DNA of 64,000 bases from Arcobacteraceae bacterium. Its GTDB lineage: Bacteria > Campylobacterota > Campylobacteria > Campylobacterales > Arcobacteraceae. Below, one piece after another: positions 1-8,833 of this stretch. The position numbers and the translations under genes are program-made. The DNA is taken from NCBI GenBank assembly GCA_965224485.1, contig CBDCZH010000010.1, positions 320,001-384,000 on the forward strand. Direction: 5' to 3'. Within the stretch, counting starts at the first letter, position 1. The number at the start of each line of letters is the position of its first letter. Below the pieces are notes generated by a model. It did no database searches. It saw only the letters and a list, made by a program, of their open reading frames with translations, and was not told the DNA's origin.

Positions 1-240
1 TTGTAAAATATTTTCATATACTTCATGTGCTTCTTTATCTGTGATCTTATCTTCTTTTAAAGCTTTTAAAATAGCTTCTAACTCTTCTTGTAGTGAATAC
101 ATCTCATCTAAAGCAAGAAGGTCATCAGGGCTATCTTCATTATCTTTTACAAGGGTATTTAATTCTTTTAAATAAGAATTTACCTCAGGTAATACAATTG
201 TAGTTATTTCCTCTTCTAATTTTTTCTTAATATCATTCAT
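1..240 (-). CDS. hypothetical acidic helical protein (3' end outside window)
   Basis: Open frame from ATG at 240 (MNDIKKKLEEEITTIVLPEV...) running off the window start; AAGGA SD upstream; not in ORF track because truncated. Confidence 0.75.
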   Translation of the reverse strand, partial: MNDIKKKLEEEITTIVLPEVNSYLKELNTLVKDNEDSPDDLLALDEMYSLQEELEAILKALKEDKITDKEAHEVYENILQ

Positions 241-251
241 TTTATTTTTCC

Positions 252-668
252 TTAAAATACAAAACTTATATCTACAATATTTAAATTATACATATTTATT
301 TTAACACCTTGTGAATCTATAATATTATACTCACAAGAATAATCATTAGGATTTTTTAAATCCATATTTTTAGTAACAAAAGCTTTAAACTTTTTCTCAT
401 TTATTAAAGCATAAATAAACAAGGCTTTATTTTTAAAGTTTTCATTATTAATATACTTTTCAAATACCATAACATTTTGTACTTCATCATATTTATCAAT
501 AAAGTATTTATTATATAAATCAATACCCTCATCTTTTTTTGCAAAATCACAAGAATTATACAAATAGTAGTCATCATTTACTAACTCAGCTAAAGCAGAA
601 GATATAGTAAAAGAAGAATATTTCTTATATCCATTCTCATTAGATAATTCATATCTTTTTTCAATCAT
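252..668 (-). CDS. hypothetical protein
   Basis: ORF track 252..692; ATG at 668 (MIEKRYELS) is the likelier start; co-oriented with downstream gene. Confidence 0.7.
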   Translation of the reverse strand: MIEKRYELSNENGYKKYSSFTISSALAELVNDDYYLYNSCDFAKKDEGIDLYNKYFIDKYDEVQNVMVFEKYINNENFKNKALFIYALINEKKFKAFVTKNMDLKNPNDYSCEYNIIDSQGVKINMYNLNIVDISFVF

Positions 669-776
669 TGTATTCCTTAATAAAGAGTGCAAGAATATAT
701 AAACTATTCTTTAATATGTATTAGTTCAATATAAGTTTTAATATAATATAATTTATGAAATTATTTAAGGGTATCT

Positions 777-1094
777 ATGGCAGGAGTTTTTCCAATTTAT
801 AATAAAGAGATTGTTGAATATAAAGGATATGCTGCTCCAATGGCTTGTGGAAATTGGGTAATGATCCATGAGCAAGTATTTGGAGGAAGAGAAATAGAAG
901 TTACATTTGATACTAGTGCTTCTTCTCCCTCAACATTTACAGCTGAGATATCTATTGATACAAGTTTTAAACAAGTGACTTTAATATGTCCATGTACTTA
1001 TAAATTCTTAACGTCTGATTGTGCTTGTAAAACATTAGTTAGATTTAAAAGTCATTTTTTTGGACAATTTATAGATATAAGGGTTAAATCATAA
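777..1094 (+). CDS. small Cys-rich protein, resembles colicin Z C-terminal domain-related proteins
   Basis: 105 aa, SD-like AAGGGG upstream; motifs SPSTFxAEI, CAC, RFKSHxxGQ recalled from that family; product call unverified. Confidence 0.55.
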   Translation: MAGVFPIYNKEIVEYKGYAAPMACGNWVMIHEQVFGGREIEVTFDTSASSPSTFTAEISIDTSFKQVTLICPCTYKFLTSDCACKTLVRFKSHFFGQFIDIRVKS

Positions 1095-1474
1095 TGAAAT
1101 ATTTATTTATCTTTTTTATTGTATTATTTTTTGCTTCTTGCACTTCTAAGTCAATTAGTGGTTTCTACACAAATAACGACTCCCTTGTTTTTACTTGTAA
1201 TGATATTATTAGTGCAAGCCCTTATCAAAATAAAAAAGGAATTATATTTGTAGATGTTAAATTTACTAAAGAAGGTTTAAATAAAATATGTAACTTTACA
1301 AAAACTCATAATGGTGAAAAATTTGATTTTAAAGTTAATGGGAATTCTGTTGCATCAAATATTTTGATTAGGGAAGCCATCAGTTGTAATAATAACGGAG
1401 TTTCTCCTGCTCCTATAATTTTTAATAATGCGGAAAATGTTTATTTATTTAAAAAAAGTGTTTGCTTAAAATAA
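1094..1474 (+). CDS. lipoprotein with SecDF P1-head-like domain
   Basis: Lipobox FFASC; segment VKFTKEGLNKICNFTKTHNGEKFDFKVNG..IREAI resembles SecD P1 head; TAATG coupling. Confidence 0.6.
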   Translation: MKYLFIFFIVLFFASCTSKSISGFYTNNDSLVFTCNDIISASPYQNKKGIIFVDVKFTKEGLNKICNFTKTHNGEKFDFKVNGNSVASNILIREAISCNNNGVSPAPIIFNNAENVYLFKKSVCLK

Positions 1475-1836
1475 TGTTTAGATTTTTATTACCTTTTATA
1501 TTTTTAGTAGGGGTATCAGCTAAAAGCAATAACACCTTCTTTGTAGTTAACGATAGTATGAGTATAGATTGTACTGATATTATTGAAGTGGATACACCAA
1601 CAAAATGGGGTATTAGAGTCATGCTTAACGAAAAAGGAAATCAAAAGTTCTATAAGATCTTTAGAGGTAATATAGGAAAAGACTTAGGCTTGAAAGTGGG
1701 AGATAAGGTGATATTCTTCAATGCAACAATAAGAGCTAGTGCACTAGAGAAAGGCTTAAGTAAATATAAGACACTAAGTACAAGAAGCTTAGAAGATGCA
1801 GAACTTCTAAAAGAGAGCTTTGGAACTTGTAAATGA
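1474..1836 (+). CDS. exported SecDF P1-head-like protein, paralog of upstream gene
   Basis: ATG 1474 overlaps upstream TAA; signal peptide; aligns with the upstream protein (NDS..C.DII, G..K......G.....KV, C-terminal Cys). Confidence 0.6.
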   Translation: MFRFLLPFIFLVGVSAKSNNTFFVVNDSMSIDCTDIIEVDTPTKWGIRVMLNEKGNQKFYKIFRGNIGKDLGLKVGDKVIFFNATIRASALEKGLSKYKTLSTRSLEDAELLKESFGTCK

Positions 1837-1956
1837 TGAATAAAAGTCCTAAAAGTATATTGATTTAAGTTAAAGTTACTAATTAGTGCCTGACATTAAT
1901 TTATACCTTTATTAGTTTTTTTATTAAAATAGTTTTAAATAACTGGTATTTGCTCT

Positions 1957-2175
1957 TGTAAACTTTCAGTTCCCGCTTTCTTACTTTTGTATTGACAAAA
2001 AGTAAGCAAAAACAACTACTGTTTCGGAGGTCTTCGACTACCTAAAGTTTTTTTATTAATTTACTTAAAAATAAGAACTCATTAAAATATGCTCCCAGCA
2101 TATTTCTTCACATTCAAACAATTATTTTTGGGTTACGTAAAGAAATAAAAAAACTTTAGCTCCTGCAAATGTAGC
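1957..2175 (-). repeat. structured module A (inverted, diverged copy)
   Basis: Reverse complement has the same motif order as modules B/D: GGAG-CTAAAGTTT..GTAAC..TGTTTGA..hairpin..GAGTTC..AAACTTTAG-GTA-GTCGAAGAC-CTCC..T-rich hairpin. Confidence 0.75.
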
Positions 2176-2289
2176 AATCAACGGAATGATTTTTTGTCTG
2201 CTAAAGCAGATATAGTTCTAATACATATTTGTTAATACACTTTTAAGAGGTATTTGAATTATTGGATACTACAACAACTTGCTCTTTTC

Positions 2290-2586
2290 CTGCCTTTGAG
2301 GAAGCTAGAGTTTGAGAGTTTATTTTCGGTAACAAGCGAAGCATGTTTGACCGTTAAAAAAGATGCCGTAAAGGCATGTTTTAGGGAATTCTGTAGCGCA
2401 GAGAAACAATGGAAAACTTATGCTCTTTAGCATAAGGCAAACCTTGTGCGTTAATTCTCGAACTCTAGGTACCCGGAGGGCTTCATCAACCGGCAGTCGA
2501 CTTTTTTGTTTCTTTTTGATCGACAAAAAAAGATGCCTGAGCATAGCGATACAATCCTGTAAGGGAAAAAGCGCGAAGGTTTACAT
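2290..2586 (+). repeat. structured module B
   Basis: CTGCC/GGCAG, GAAG/CTTC, CTAGAGTT/AACTCTAG long-range pairing; hairpins ATGCC-GTAAA-GGCAT and CCC-GGA-GGG. Confidence 0.85.
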
Positions 2587-2857
2587 TTGAAAGAGTTCTA
2601 AAAGTATATTGTTTTAAGGTTAAGTTAAGAAAAGTTACTAATTAGTGCCTGCTACCAATTCAATTTTCTTGCTTAGCCACAAAACTTACTCACGAGGTTT
2701 GCCTTGTGCTAAAGAGCACAAGTTTTCCCTGTTCCCCTGCAAATGTAGCATTTCAACGGAATAATCTTTTGTCTGCTAAAGCAGATATAGTTTGAAGACA
2801 TATTTATTCAAGATATTTTTATTAAGTTTGTTGGTCTTTAAACTATATTCTCTTTCT

Positions 2858-3080
2858 CTGCCTTTGCTGAAGCTAGAGTTTGAGAGTTTATTTTCGGTAA
2901 CAAGTGAGGACTGTTTGAGCGTTAAAAAAGGTGACTAGATGTCACGTTTTAGAGAGTTCCGCAACGCAGAAAATAGACTTTTAAACTCTAGGTACCCGAA
3001 GGGCTTCATCAACCGGGCAGTCGCTTCTTTTGTTTCGTTTCTTTCGATAAAGAAAAGAAAAAGGCGCGAAGGTTCACCTT
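2858..3080 (+). repeat. structured module D
   Basis: Homolog of module B; hairpins GTGAC-TAGAT-GTCAC and CCC-GAA-GGG. Confidence 0.85.
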
Positions 3081-3234
3081 TGTAAGAGCTCTAAAAGTTA
3101 GGAATGATATAAAAGTATCTAAAAAAATTTACTTTAGGGTAAAAAAAAGGGGTGGGAAGAATAAGAAGGTTAAAAGAGGTGTTAATTTGTAACTATTAGT
3201 TTTGGTATAATTATTCAGTAATTAAAGGATAAAA

Positions 3235-4338
3235 ATGAGAGAAAATATTTTTAAGATTATTGATAAGAATACTTGCATGGTTAAAAATGAAAGATATTGT
3301 ATTACTTTAAATTCTGAAGATGAAGAAAGAGAAATATATATAAAAAAGGGATCTTCTTTTGTAAAAGTATATAAATTAATTGAACATGAAGAACAAATAA
3401 AAAGAAGGATTAATAGTGCTAATGATTCCATTCTTGATTTTTCTCATTGTATAATTACAATAGACTGTGATTTTTCAAATAAAGAATTTAAGCATGGAGT
3501 AGATTTTAGCTTTAGTATAATCGACAATATCCATTTTAATGAATCTATTTTTTTTGAAGATTCAAATTTTGATTATACTCATTTTAGTTCGAAGGTAGAA
3601 TTTAGTGGGGCAGTTTTTGAAAAAAAAGCTAACTTTAGAGGAGCTTTATTTGATGATGAATGTACTTTTAAAGATTCAGTATTTAAAAATTATGCTAATT
3701 TTAGTCCTTGTATTGCTTCATCTATTAGTTTTTTTAATGCGTCATTTAATACTGGTATTGAATTAAGAGAATCAAAGATTAAGAAACTTAATTTTTCAAA
3801 AGTAACACTAAGTAATGAATCTCAAATTGATTTCCATTCATCGGAAATTGATATTTTAAAATATAGAAGTACAGACTTTAAAAACTTCAAAAATATTGCA
3901 ACCATCTCTATTTTTAAAGAAGAATGTCTAAAGAACCACGATAATATAAATGCATTAAAGTTTTATAAAAAAGAAATGGTAGCACATAAACATGAGGTCA
4001 AGGGTATTGATTGGTTTATTCTGAAAGTTGAAGAATGTGTAAGTAATTTTGGTACAGATCCTTTACGACCACTTTTAATAATGTTTAGTATTTCTTTTAT
4101 CTTTGCATATTTTTTACCTGAATCTACAGATAGTTGGAGTAATTACTTTTCAAATATAGTATTACTTTTGAATCCTACATCAACAATTAGTAGTATTCTT
4201 ACAATATTTGATATAAAAGCTTCCTGTGTATCAAATTTACATGTTCTTGAGGCTACAAATTTTTTAAAGAATATTTTATTTGGGATTTTAATTTATGAGA
4301 CTATTAAATCATTTAGAAAATTCTCACGTAAATTGTAA
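3235..4338 (+). CDS. pentapeptide-repeat protein with C-terminal membrane domain
   Basis: Repeats of F..A.F...A.F type (VEFSGAVFEKKANFRGALF); C-terminal NFGTDPLRP plus hydrophobic helices; TGnTATAAT at 3203-3211 and AAGGA SD. Confidence 0.8.
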   Translation: MRENIFKIIDKNTCMVKNERYCITLNSEDEEREIYIKKGSSFVKVYKLIEHEEQIKRRINSANDSILDFSHCIITIDCDFSNKEFKHGVDFSFSIIDNIHFNESIFFEDSNFDYTHFSSKVEFSGAVFEKKANFRGALFDDECTFKDSVFKNYANFSPCIASSISFFNASFNTGIELRESKIKKLNFSKVTLSNESQIDFHSSEIDILKYRSTDFKNFKNIATISIFKEECLKNHDNINALKFYKKEMVAHKHEVKGIDWFILKVEECVSNFGTDPLRPLLIMFSISFIFAYFLPESTDSWSNYFSNIVLLLNPTSTISSILTIFDIKASCVSNLHVLEATNFLKNILFGILIYETIKSFRKFSRKL

Positions 4339-4704
4339 ATATCAATTTATTAATTATATAAAAATGATTAATTTGTACTCAGAAATTTGATATATTTTCT
4401 GTAAAAAATTGAAAATATATCTATTTATTCTCTTAATATTATCAAAAAAATAAAATAAAATTATTTTTTATCTTGACATAAATTAAATTCTATTGTAAAA
4501 CTTTAAATATATGTTTTTTTAATCTAAGCCTTATATACTAAGAAAGCTAATTTTTAATGTAATTATATTTTCCTTATAAAAAGGACAAGTGTTTATTATT
4601 TTTTCTTTTTTTCTTTTTTTCTTAAATCTTGTACAAAATGTACATAGTTATCCTTTATAAAAGGAAAGAAATATAGTAATATTTTGCGATAAAGCCCATA
4701 AGTA

Positions 4705-4733
4705 TTGACATCTAGACCTAAATAAGTTATAAT
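4705..4733 (+). promoter_or_regulatory. sigma70 promoter of S10 operon
   Basis: TTGACA (4705-4710), 17 bp, TATAAT (4728-4733), followed by GC-rich discriminator CCGCG. Confidence 0.9.
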
Positions 4734-4799
4734 CCGCGTTCACTAAATGTGGTTAGGGTACGTTTTACGTAGATCTAACGAGTTCTTTAAAGGAAATAA

Positions 4800-5114
4800 A
4801 TGGAAAAAATTAGATTAAAGCTTAAAGCTTATGATCATAGAGTTTTAGACAGAAGTGTTGCTTCAATTGTGGAAGCTGTAAAAAGAACTGGTGCTGAGTT
4901 AAGAGGTCCTATACCTCTTCCAACGAAGATCAGAAGATATACAGTAATCAGAGGACCTCACGTTAACAAAAGTTCACGAGAGCAATTTGAAATTAGAGTT
5001 CACTCTAGAATGATTGATATCATTGCAGCGACTCCAGATACGGTAGATTCATTAATGAAATTAGACTTAGCTCCTGAAGTTGATGTTGAAGTTCGTTCAA
5101 TGGGTAAAGAATAG
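4800..5114 (+). CDS. rpsJ: 30S ribosomal protein S10
   Basis: [28 protein letters not shown]. Confidence 0.99.
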   Translation: MEKIRLKLKAYDHRVLDRSVASIVEAVKRTGAELRGPIPLPTKIRRYTVIRGPHVNKSSREQFEIRVHSRMIDIIAATPDTVDSLMKLDLAPEVDVEVRSMGKE

Positions 5115-5128
5115 AAGAAAGGTAAAGA

Positions 5129-5704
5129 ATGGAATTCATAGTAGAAAAAATCGGTATGAGTAGAACTGTTTCAGTTCCAGCTGTTCCTGTTACACTTTTA
5201 AAAGTTCTTGATACAAAAGTATGTGAAGTTACTGAGGGTGTTGCAATTGTTTCTTATTCGTCTGGTAAAAAGATGAACAAAACAATTGAAGGTAAACAAA
5301 AAAAGTATAACTTATCTAAAGAGTTTAATAGATTTGCAACTACAACTGTTGCTAACACAGAAGCTGGTGACTTAAATGTTGCAGTTTTAAGTGAAGCTAA
5401 AGTTGTAAGAGCTACTTTTACTACAAAAGGTAGAGGTTTTGCTGGAGTTGTAAAAAGATGGAACTTTGCAGGTGGACGTGCATCACACGGTCATAGAATG
5501 GGTAGAAGAACTGGTTCTATTGGTAATGCTGAGTGGCCTGGTAGAGTACAACCAGGTAAGAAAATGCCAGGACATTACGGAAATACAACAAACTCTGTTA
5601 AAAATGATATTTTGTCATTTGACGCAGAAACTGGTATTTTAGTTCTTAAAGGTTCAATTTCTGGTCCAAATGGTGGATTAGGTAGAGTAAGGATTGCTAA
5701 ATGA
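5129..5704 (+). CDS. rplC: 50S ribosomal protein L3
   Basis: [29 protein letters not shown]; operon position. Confidence 0.99.
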   Translation: MEFIVEKIGMSRTVSVPAVPVTLLKVLDTKVCEVTEGVAIVSYSSGKKMNKTIEGKQKKYNLSKEFNRFATTTVANTEAGDLNVAVLSEAKVVRATFTTKGRGFAGVVKRWNFAGGRASHGHRMGRRTGSIGNAEWPGRVQPGKKMPGHYGNTTNSVKNDILSFDAETGILVLKGSISGPNGGLGRVRIAK

Positions 5705-6315
5705 GTAAAGCAACAGTATTAACAAAAACATATGCAGTAAGTAAGACAAATATTGAATTACCTGCTAAATATGATGAAATTAACTCTCACAACTTATATT
5801 TATATGTTAAATCATATTTATCAGGTTTAAGAGCTAATACTGCTAGAGTTAAAAACAGAAGCGAAGTAAGAGGTGGTGGTAAGAAACCTAAGGCTCAAAA
5901 AGGTTCTGGTGGAGCTAGATGGGGATCAATGAGATCACCATTATTTGTTGGTGGTGGACAAGTTTTTGGACCAAGTGCTAGAAACTACAACCAAAAAATC
6001 AACAAAAAACAAAAAGTTTTAGCTTTACAATATGCTTTAAACGAGCAAGCTAAAAATGGTACTTTATTTGCTATTGATTCAATTACGGTTGAATCTGGTA
6101 AAACTAAAGACGCAGTTGCAATCATGACTAAACTAAACAAAAGAGATACATTAATTGTAGTTGATACAATTAGTGAAAAAACTTACTTATCGTTTAGAAA
6201 CATCAAAAATTGTTATATGATAGAAAAACAAGAAGTAAATGCTTACTTAATTTCTGCATATCATTCAGTACTAATTGAAAAATCAGTGCTTGAAGCATTA
6301 ACAAAAGAGGCGTAA
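5701..6315 (+). CDS. rplD: 50S ribosomal protein L4
   Basis: [29 protein letters not shown]. Confidence 0.99.
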   Translation: MSKATVLTKTYAVSKTNIELPAKYDEINSHNLYLYVKSYLSGLRANTARVKNRSEVRGGGKKPKAQKGSGGARWGSMRSPLFVGGGQVFGPSARNYNQKINKKQKVLALQYALNEQAKNGTLFAIDSITVESGKTKDAVAIMTKLNKRDTLIVVDTISEKTYLSFRNIKNCYMIEKQEVNAYLISAYHSVLIEKSVLEALTKEA

Positions 6316-6316
6316 C

Positions 6317-6598
6317 ATGGCTGATATTACAGATATAAAAGCAATATTATATACGGAAAAAACAATTGAACTACAAGAGAGTGGTGTGATTGTTGTGCAA
6401 ACTAGTACTAGAATGACTAAGAATGGTTTGAAAGAAGTTTTTAAAGAGTATTTTGGAGTTACACCTACAAAAGTTAATTCTTTAAGACAAAAAGGTAAAG
6501 TTAAAAGATTTAAAGGGAAACTAGGTTCTAGACCAGATTTCAAAAAATTCTATGTAACATTACCAGAGGGCGCTGAAATAGCGAACCTTTCAGCTTAA
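6317..6598 (+). CDS. rplW: 50S ribosomal protein L23
   Basis: TEK, KVNSL, KKFYVTL; operon position. Confidence 0.98.
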   Translation: MADITDIKAILYTEKTIELQESGVIVVQTSTRMTKNGLKEVFKEYFGVTPTKVNSLRQKGKVKRFKGKLGSRPDFKKFYVTLPEGAEIANLSA

Positions 6599-6608
6599 GG
6601 AGATATGA

Positions 6609-7436
6609 ATGGCAATTAAAAAATTTAGACCAATAACTCCTGCAAGAAGATTTATGTCAGTTATGGATACTTCTGATATTACTTCTAAACCAACTGTTAG
6701 ATCTCTTATTAAAAGAGTAAAAGCAAGTGCGGGTAGAAATAATAACGGTAGAATCACTTCAAGACATAAAGAAGCGGGTGCTAAAAAGTTATATAGAATT
6801 ATTGATTTCAAAAGAGATAAATTTGGTATAGAGGGAACTATTTCAACTATTGAGTATGACCCATACAGAAACTGTAGAATTTGTTTAGTAACTTATGCTG
6901 ATGGTGCGAAGACTTATATCTTACAAGCTTCTGGACTTAAAGTTGGAGATAAAATTCAATCTGCTGAATCTGGATTAGATATTCTACCTGGTAATGCAAT
7001 GAGACTTATTAACATTCCTATTGGAACAATGGTTCATAATATTGAGATGAAACCTGGTAAAGGTGGGCAAATTGCTCGTTCTGCTGGTGGATATGCTCAA
7101 ATTATGGGTAGAGAAGATAGATATGTTGTTCTTAGATTACCATCTGGTGAAATGAGAAAAATTCTTTCTGTTTGTATAGCTACAATTGGTATTGTTGGGA
7201 ATGAAGATTTCTCTAACATGGTAATTGGTAAAGCTGGTCGTTCTAGACACTTAGGTAAAAGACCACAAACAAGAGGATCTGCAATGAATCCTATTGATCA
7301 CCCTCATGGTGGTGGTGAAGGTAAGACTAACTCTGGAAGACATCCTGTTTCTCCATGGGGTATGCCAACTAAAGGTTATAAAACTAGAAAGAAAAAAGCT
7401 AGTGATAAACTAATCATTTCAAGAAAAAAGAAGTAA
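6609..7436 (+). CDS. rplB: 50S ribosomal protein L2
   Basis: [29 protein letters not shown]. Confidence 0.99.
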   Translation: MAIKKFRPITPARRFMSVMDTSDITSKPTVRSLIKRVKASAGRNNNGRITSRHKEAGAKKLYRIIDFKRDKFGIEGTISTIEYDPYRNCRICLVTYADGAKTYILQASGLKVGDKIQSAESGLDILPGNAMRLINIPIGTMVHNIEMKPGKGGQIARSAGGYAQIMGREDRYVVLRLPSGEMRKILSVCIATIGIVGNEDFSNMVIGKAGRSRHLGKRPQTRGSAMNPIDHPHGGGEGKTNSGRHPVSPWGMPTKGYKTRKKKASDKLIISRKKK

Positions 7437-7445
7437 GGGTATAAA

Positions 7446-7724
7446 ATGGCAAGATCAATAAAAAAAGGTCCATTTGTAGATGCACACCTAATGAAAAAAA
7501 TTATCAAAGCTAATGAAAGCAATGATAAGAAACCAATTAAAACTTGGTCAAGAAGATCAATGGTGTTACCAGATATGATCGGACTTACATTCAATGTTCA
7601 TAATGGAAGAAATTTCATTCCTGTAAATGTTACAGAAAATCATGTTGGATATAAACTAGGTGAATTCGCACCAACTAGAACGTTCAGAGGCCATAAAGGT
7701 TCTGTTCAGAAGAAGGTAGGTTAA
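7446..7724 (+). CDS. rpsS: 30S ribosomal protein S19
   Basis: [26 protein letters not shown]. Confidence 0.99.
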   Translation: MARSIKKGPFVDAHLMKKIIKANESNDKKPIKTWSRRSMVLPDMIGLTFNVHNGRNFIPVNVTENHVGYKLGEFAPTRTFRGHKGSVQKKVG

Positions 7725-7725
7725 G

Positions 7726-8133
7726 ATGAGTGTATTACAACATAAAAAAGCAAAAAGTTTAACTAAAAAAGAAAGAAAAGCTGCTGGTATCAATAAGAGC
7801 CACACAGCTACTTTAAAGTTTATTAGAATTGCACCTCTTAAAGCTAGATTAATAGCTAGAGAAGTTCAAGGTATGAATGCTGAGTATGCAATTGCATCAT
7901 TAGAATTTACACCAAACAAAGCTGCTGGAATCATTTCTAAAGTTATCGCATCTGCTGTTGCAAATGCTGGTTTAGAGCCTGAAGACGCAATTGTTACTTC
8001 TGCTAGAGTTGACAGAGCTCCAGTTCTTAAGAGATTTACTCCAAGAGCTAGAGGTAGTGCTTCTCCAAAGCATAAACCAACTGCACACATCATGATTGAA
8101 GTAGCAGCTGCACCAACTAAAGGAGCTAAGTAA
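7726..8133 (+). CDS. rplV: 50S ribosomal protein L22 (basic N-terminal extension)
   Basis: [25 protein letters not shown]. Confidence 0.97.
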   Translation: MSVLQHKKAKSLTKKERKAAGINKSHTATLKFIRIAPLKARLIAREVQGMNAEYAIASLEFTPNKAAGIISKVIASAVANAGLEPEDAIVTSARVDRAPVLKRFTPRARGSASPKHKPTAHIMIEVAAAPTKGAK

Positions 8134-8831
8134 TGGGTCAAAAATGTAATCCAATAGGTTTAAGATTAGGTATCAATAGAAACTGGGATTCAAGATGGTT
8201 TCCAGCGTTCAATAAAATGCCTGCTAATGTAGCTGAAGATGACAAAATTAGAAAATTCATTAAAAAAGAATTATACTATGCTGGAATCGCTCAAACTATT
8301 ATTGAAAGAACTGCTAAAAAAGTTAGAGTTACTATCGTTGCTGCTCGTCCTGGTATTGTTATTGGGAAAAAGGGTGCTGACGTTGAAAAACTAAAAGCAA
8401 ATATTTCTAAATTAGTTGGAAAAGAAATTGCAATTAACATTAAAGAAGAAAGAAAGCCACAACTTTCTGGTCAATTAGCTGCTGAAAATGTAGCTCAACA
8501 ACTTGAAAGAAGAGTTGCATTTAGAAGAGCTATGAAAAGAGTTATGCAAAATGCAATTAAAGGTGGAGCTAAAGGTATTAAAGTATCTGTTTCTGGAAGA
8601 CTTGGTGGAGCTGAAATGGCTAGAACTGAGTGGTATTTAGAAGGAAGAGTTCCTTTACATACTTTAAGAGCTAAAATCGATTATGGTTTTGCTGAAGGTC
8701 ATACAACTTATGGTTGTATTGGTATTAAAGTTTGGATTTTCAAAGGTGAGGTTCTTGCAAAAGGGGTTCCTGTTGAGAAAGCTGAAACTGAAAAACCAAA
8801 TAGAAGACCGACTAAGAGAAGAGGTAAATAA
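8133..8831 (+). CDS. rpsC: 30S ribosomal protein S3
   Basis: [25 protein letters not shown]. Confidence 0.99.
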   Translation: MGQKCNPIGLRLGINRNWDSRWFPAFNKMPANVAEDDKIRKFIKKELYYAGIAQTIIERTAKKVRVTIVAARPGIVIGKKGADVEKLKANISKLVGKEIAINIKEERKPQLSGQLAAENVAQQLERRVAFRRAMKRVMQNAIKGGAKGIKVSVSGRLGGAEMARTEWYLEGRVPLHTLRAKIDYGFAEGHTTYGCIGIKVWIFKGEVLAKGVPVEKAETEKPNRRPTKRRGK

Positions 8832-8833
8832 TT

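Larger units (their letters stand above)
1843..3098. repeat. array of structured non-coding modules: two tandem units, each with inverted modules
   Basis: Exact 21-mer AAAGTTACTAATTAGTGCCTG at 1872 and 2631; near-identical blocks 2162-2217/2737-2792 and 2290-2362/2858-2930; compensatory changes in stems. Confidence 0.9.

Noticed and set aside
2320..2544. 74-aa minus-strand ORF in the repeat array
   Set aside because: Lies antisense within module B, has no SD, and is not preserved in homologous module D; likely spurious
1843..3098. CRISPR array, tRNA/rRNA or IS interpretation of the repeats
   Set aside because: No short constant repeats with equal-length unique spacers, no cloverleaf or rRNA motifs, no transposase or cas ORF
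3183..3194. TAATTTGTAACT as inverted copy of the boundary motif (possible terminal IR)
   Set aside because: Only 11/12 match in very AT-rich DNA; insufficient
3222..3431. 69-aa antisense ORF with lipobox-like text
   Set aside because: Shadow of the pentapeptide gene
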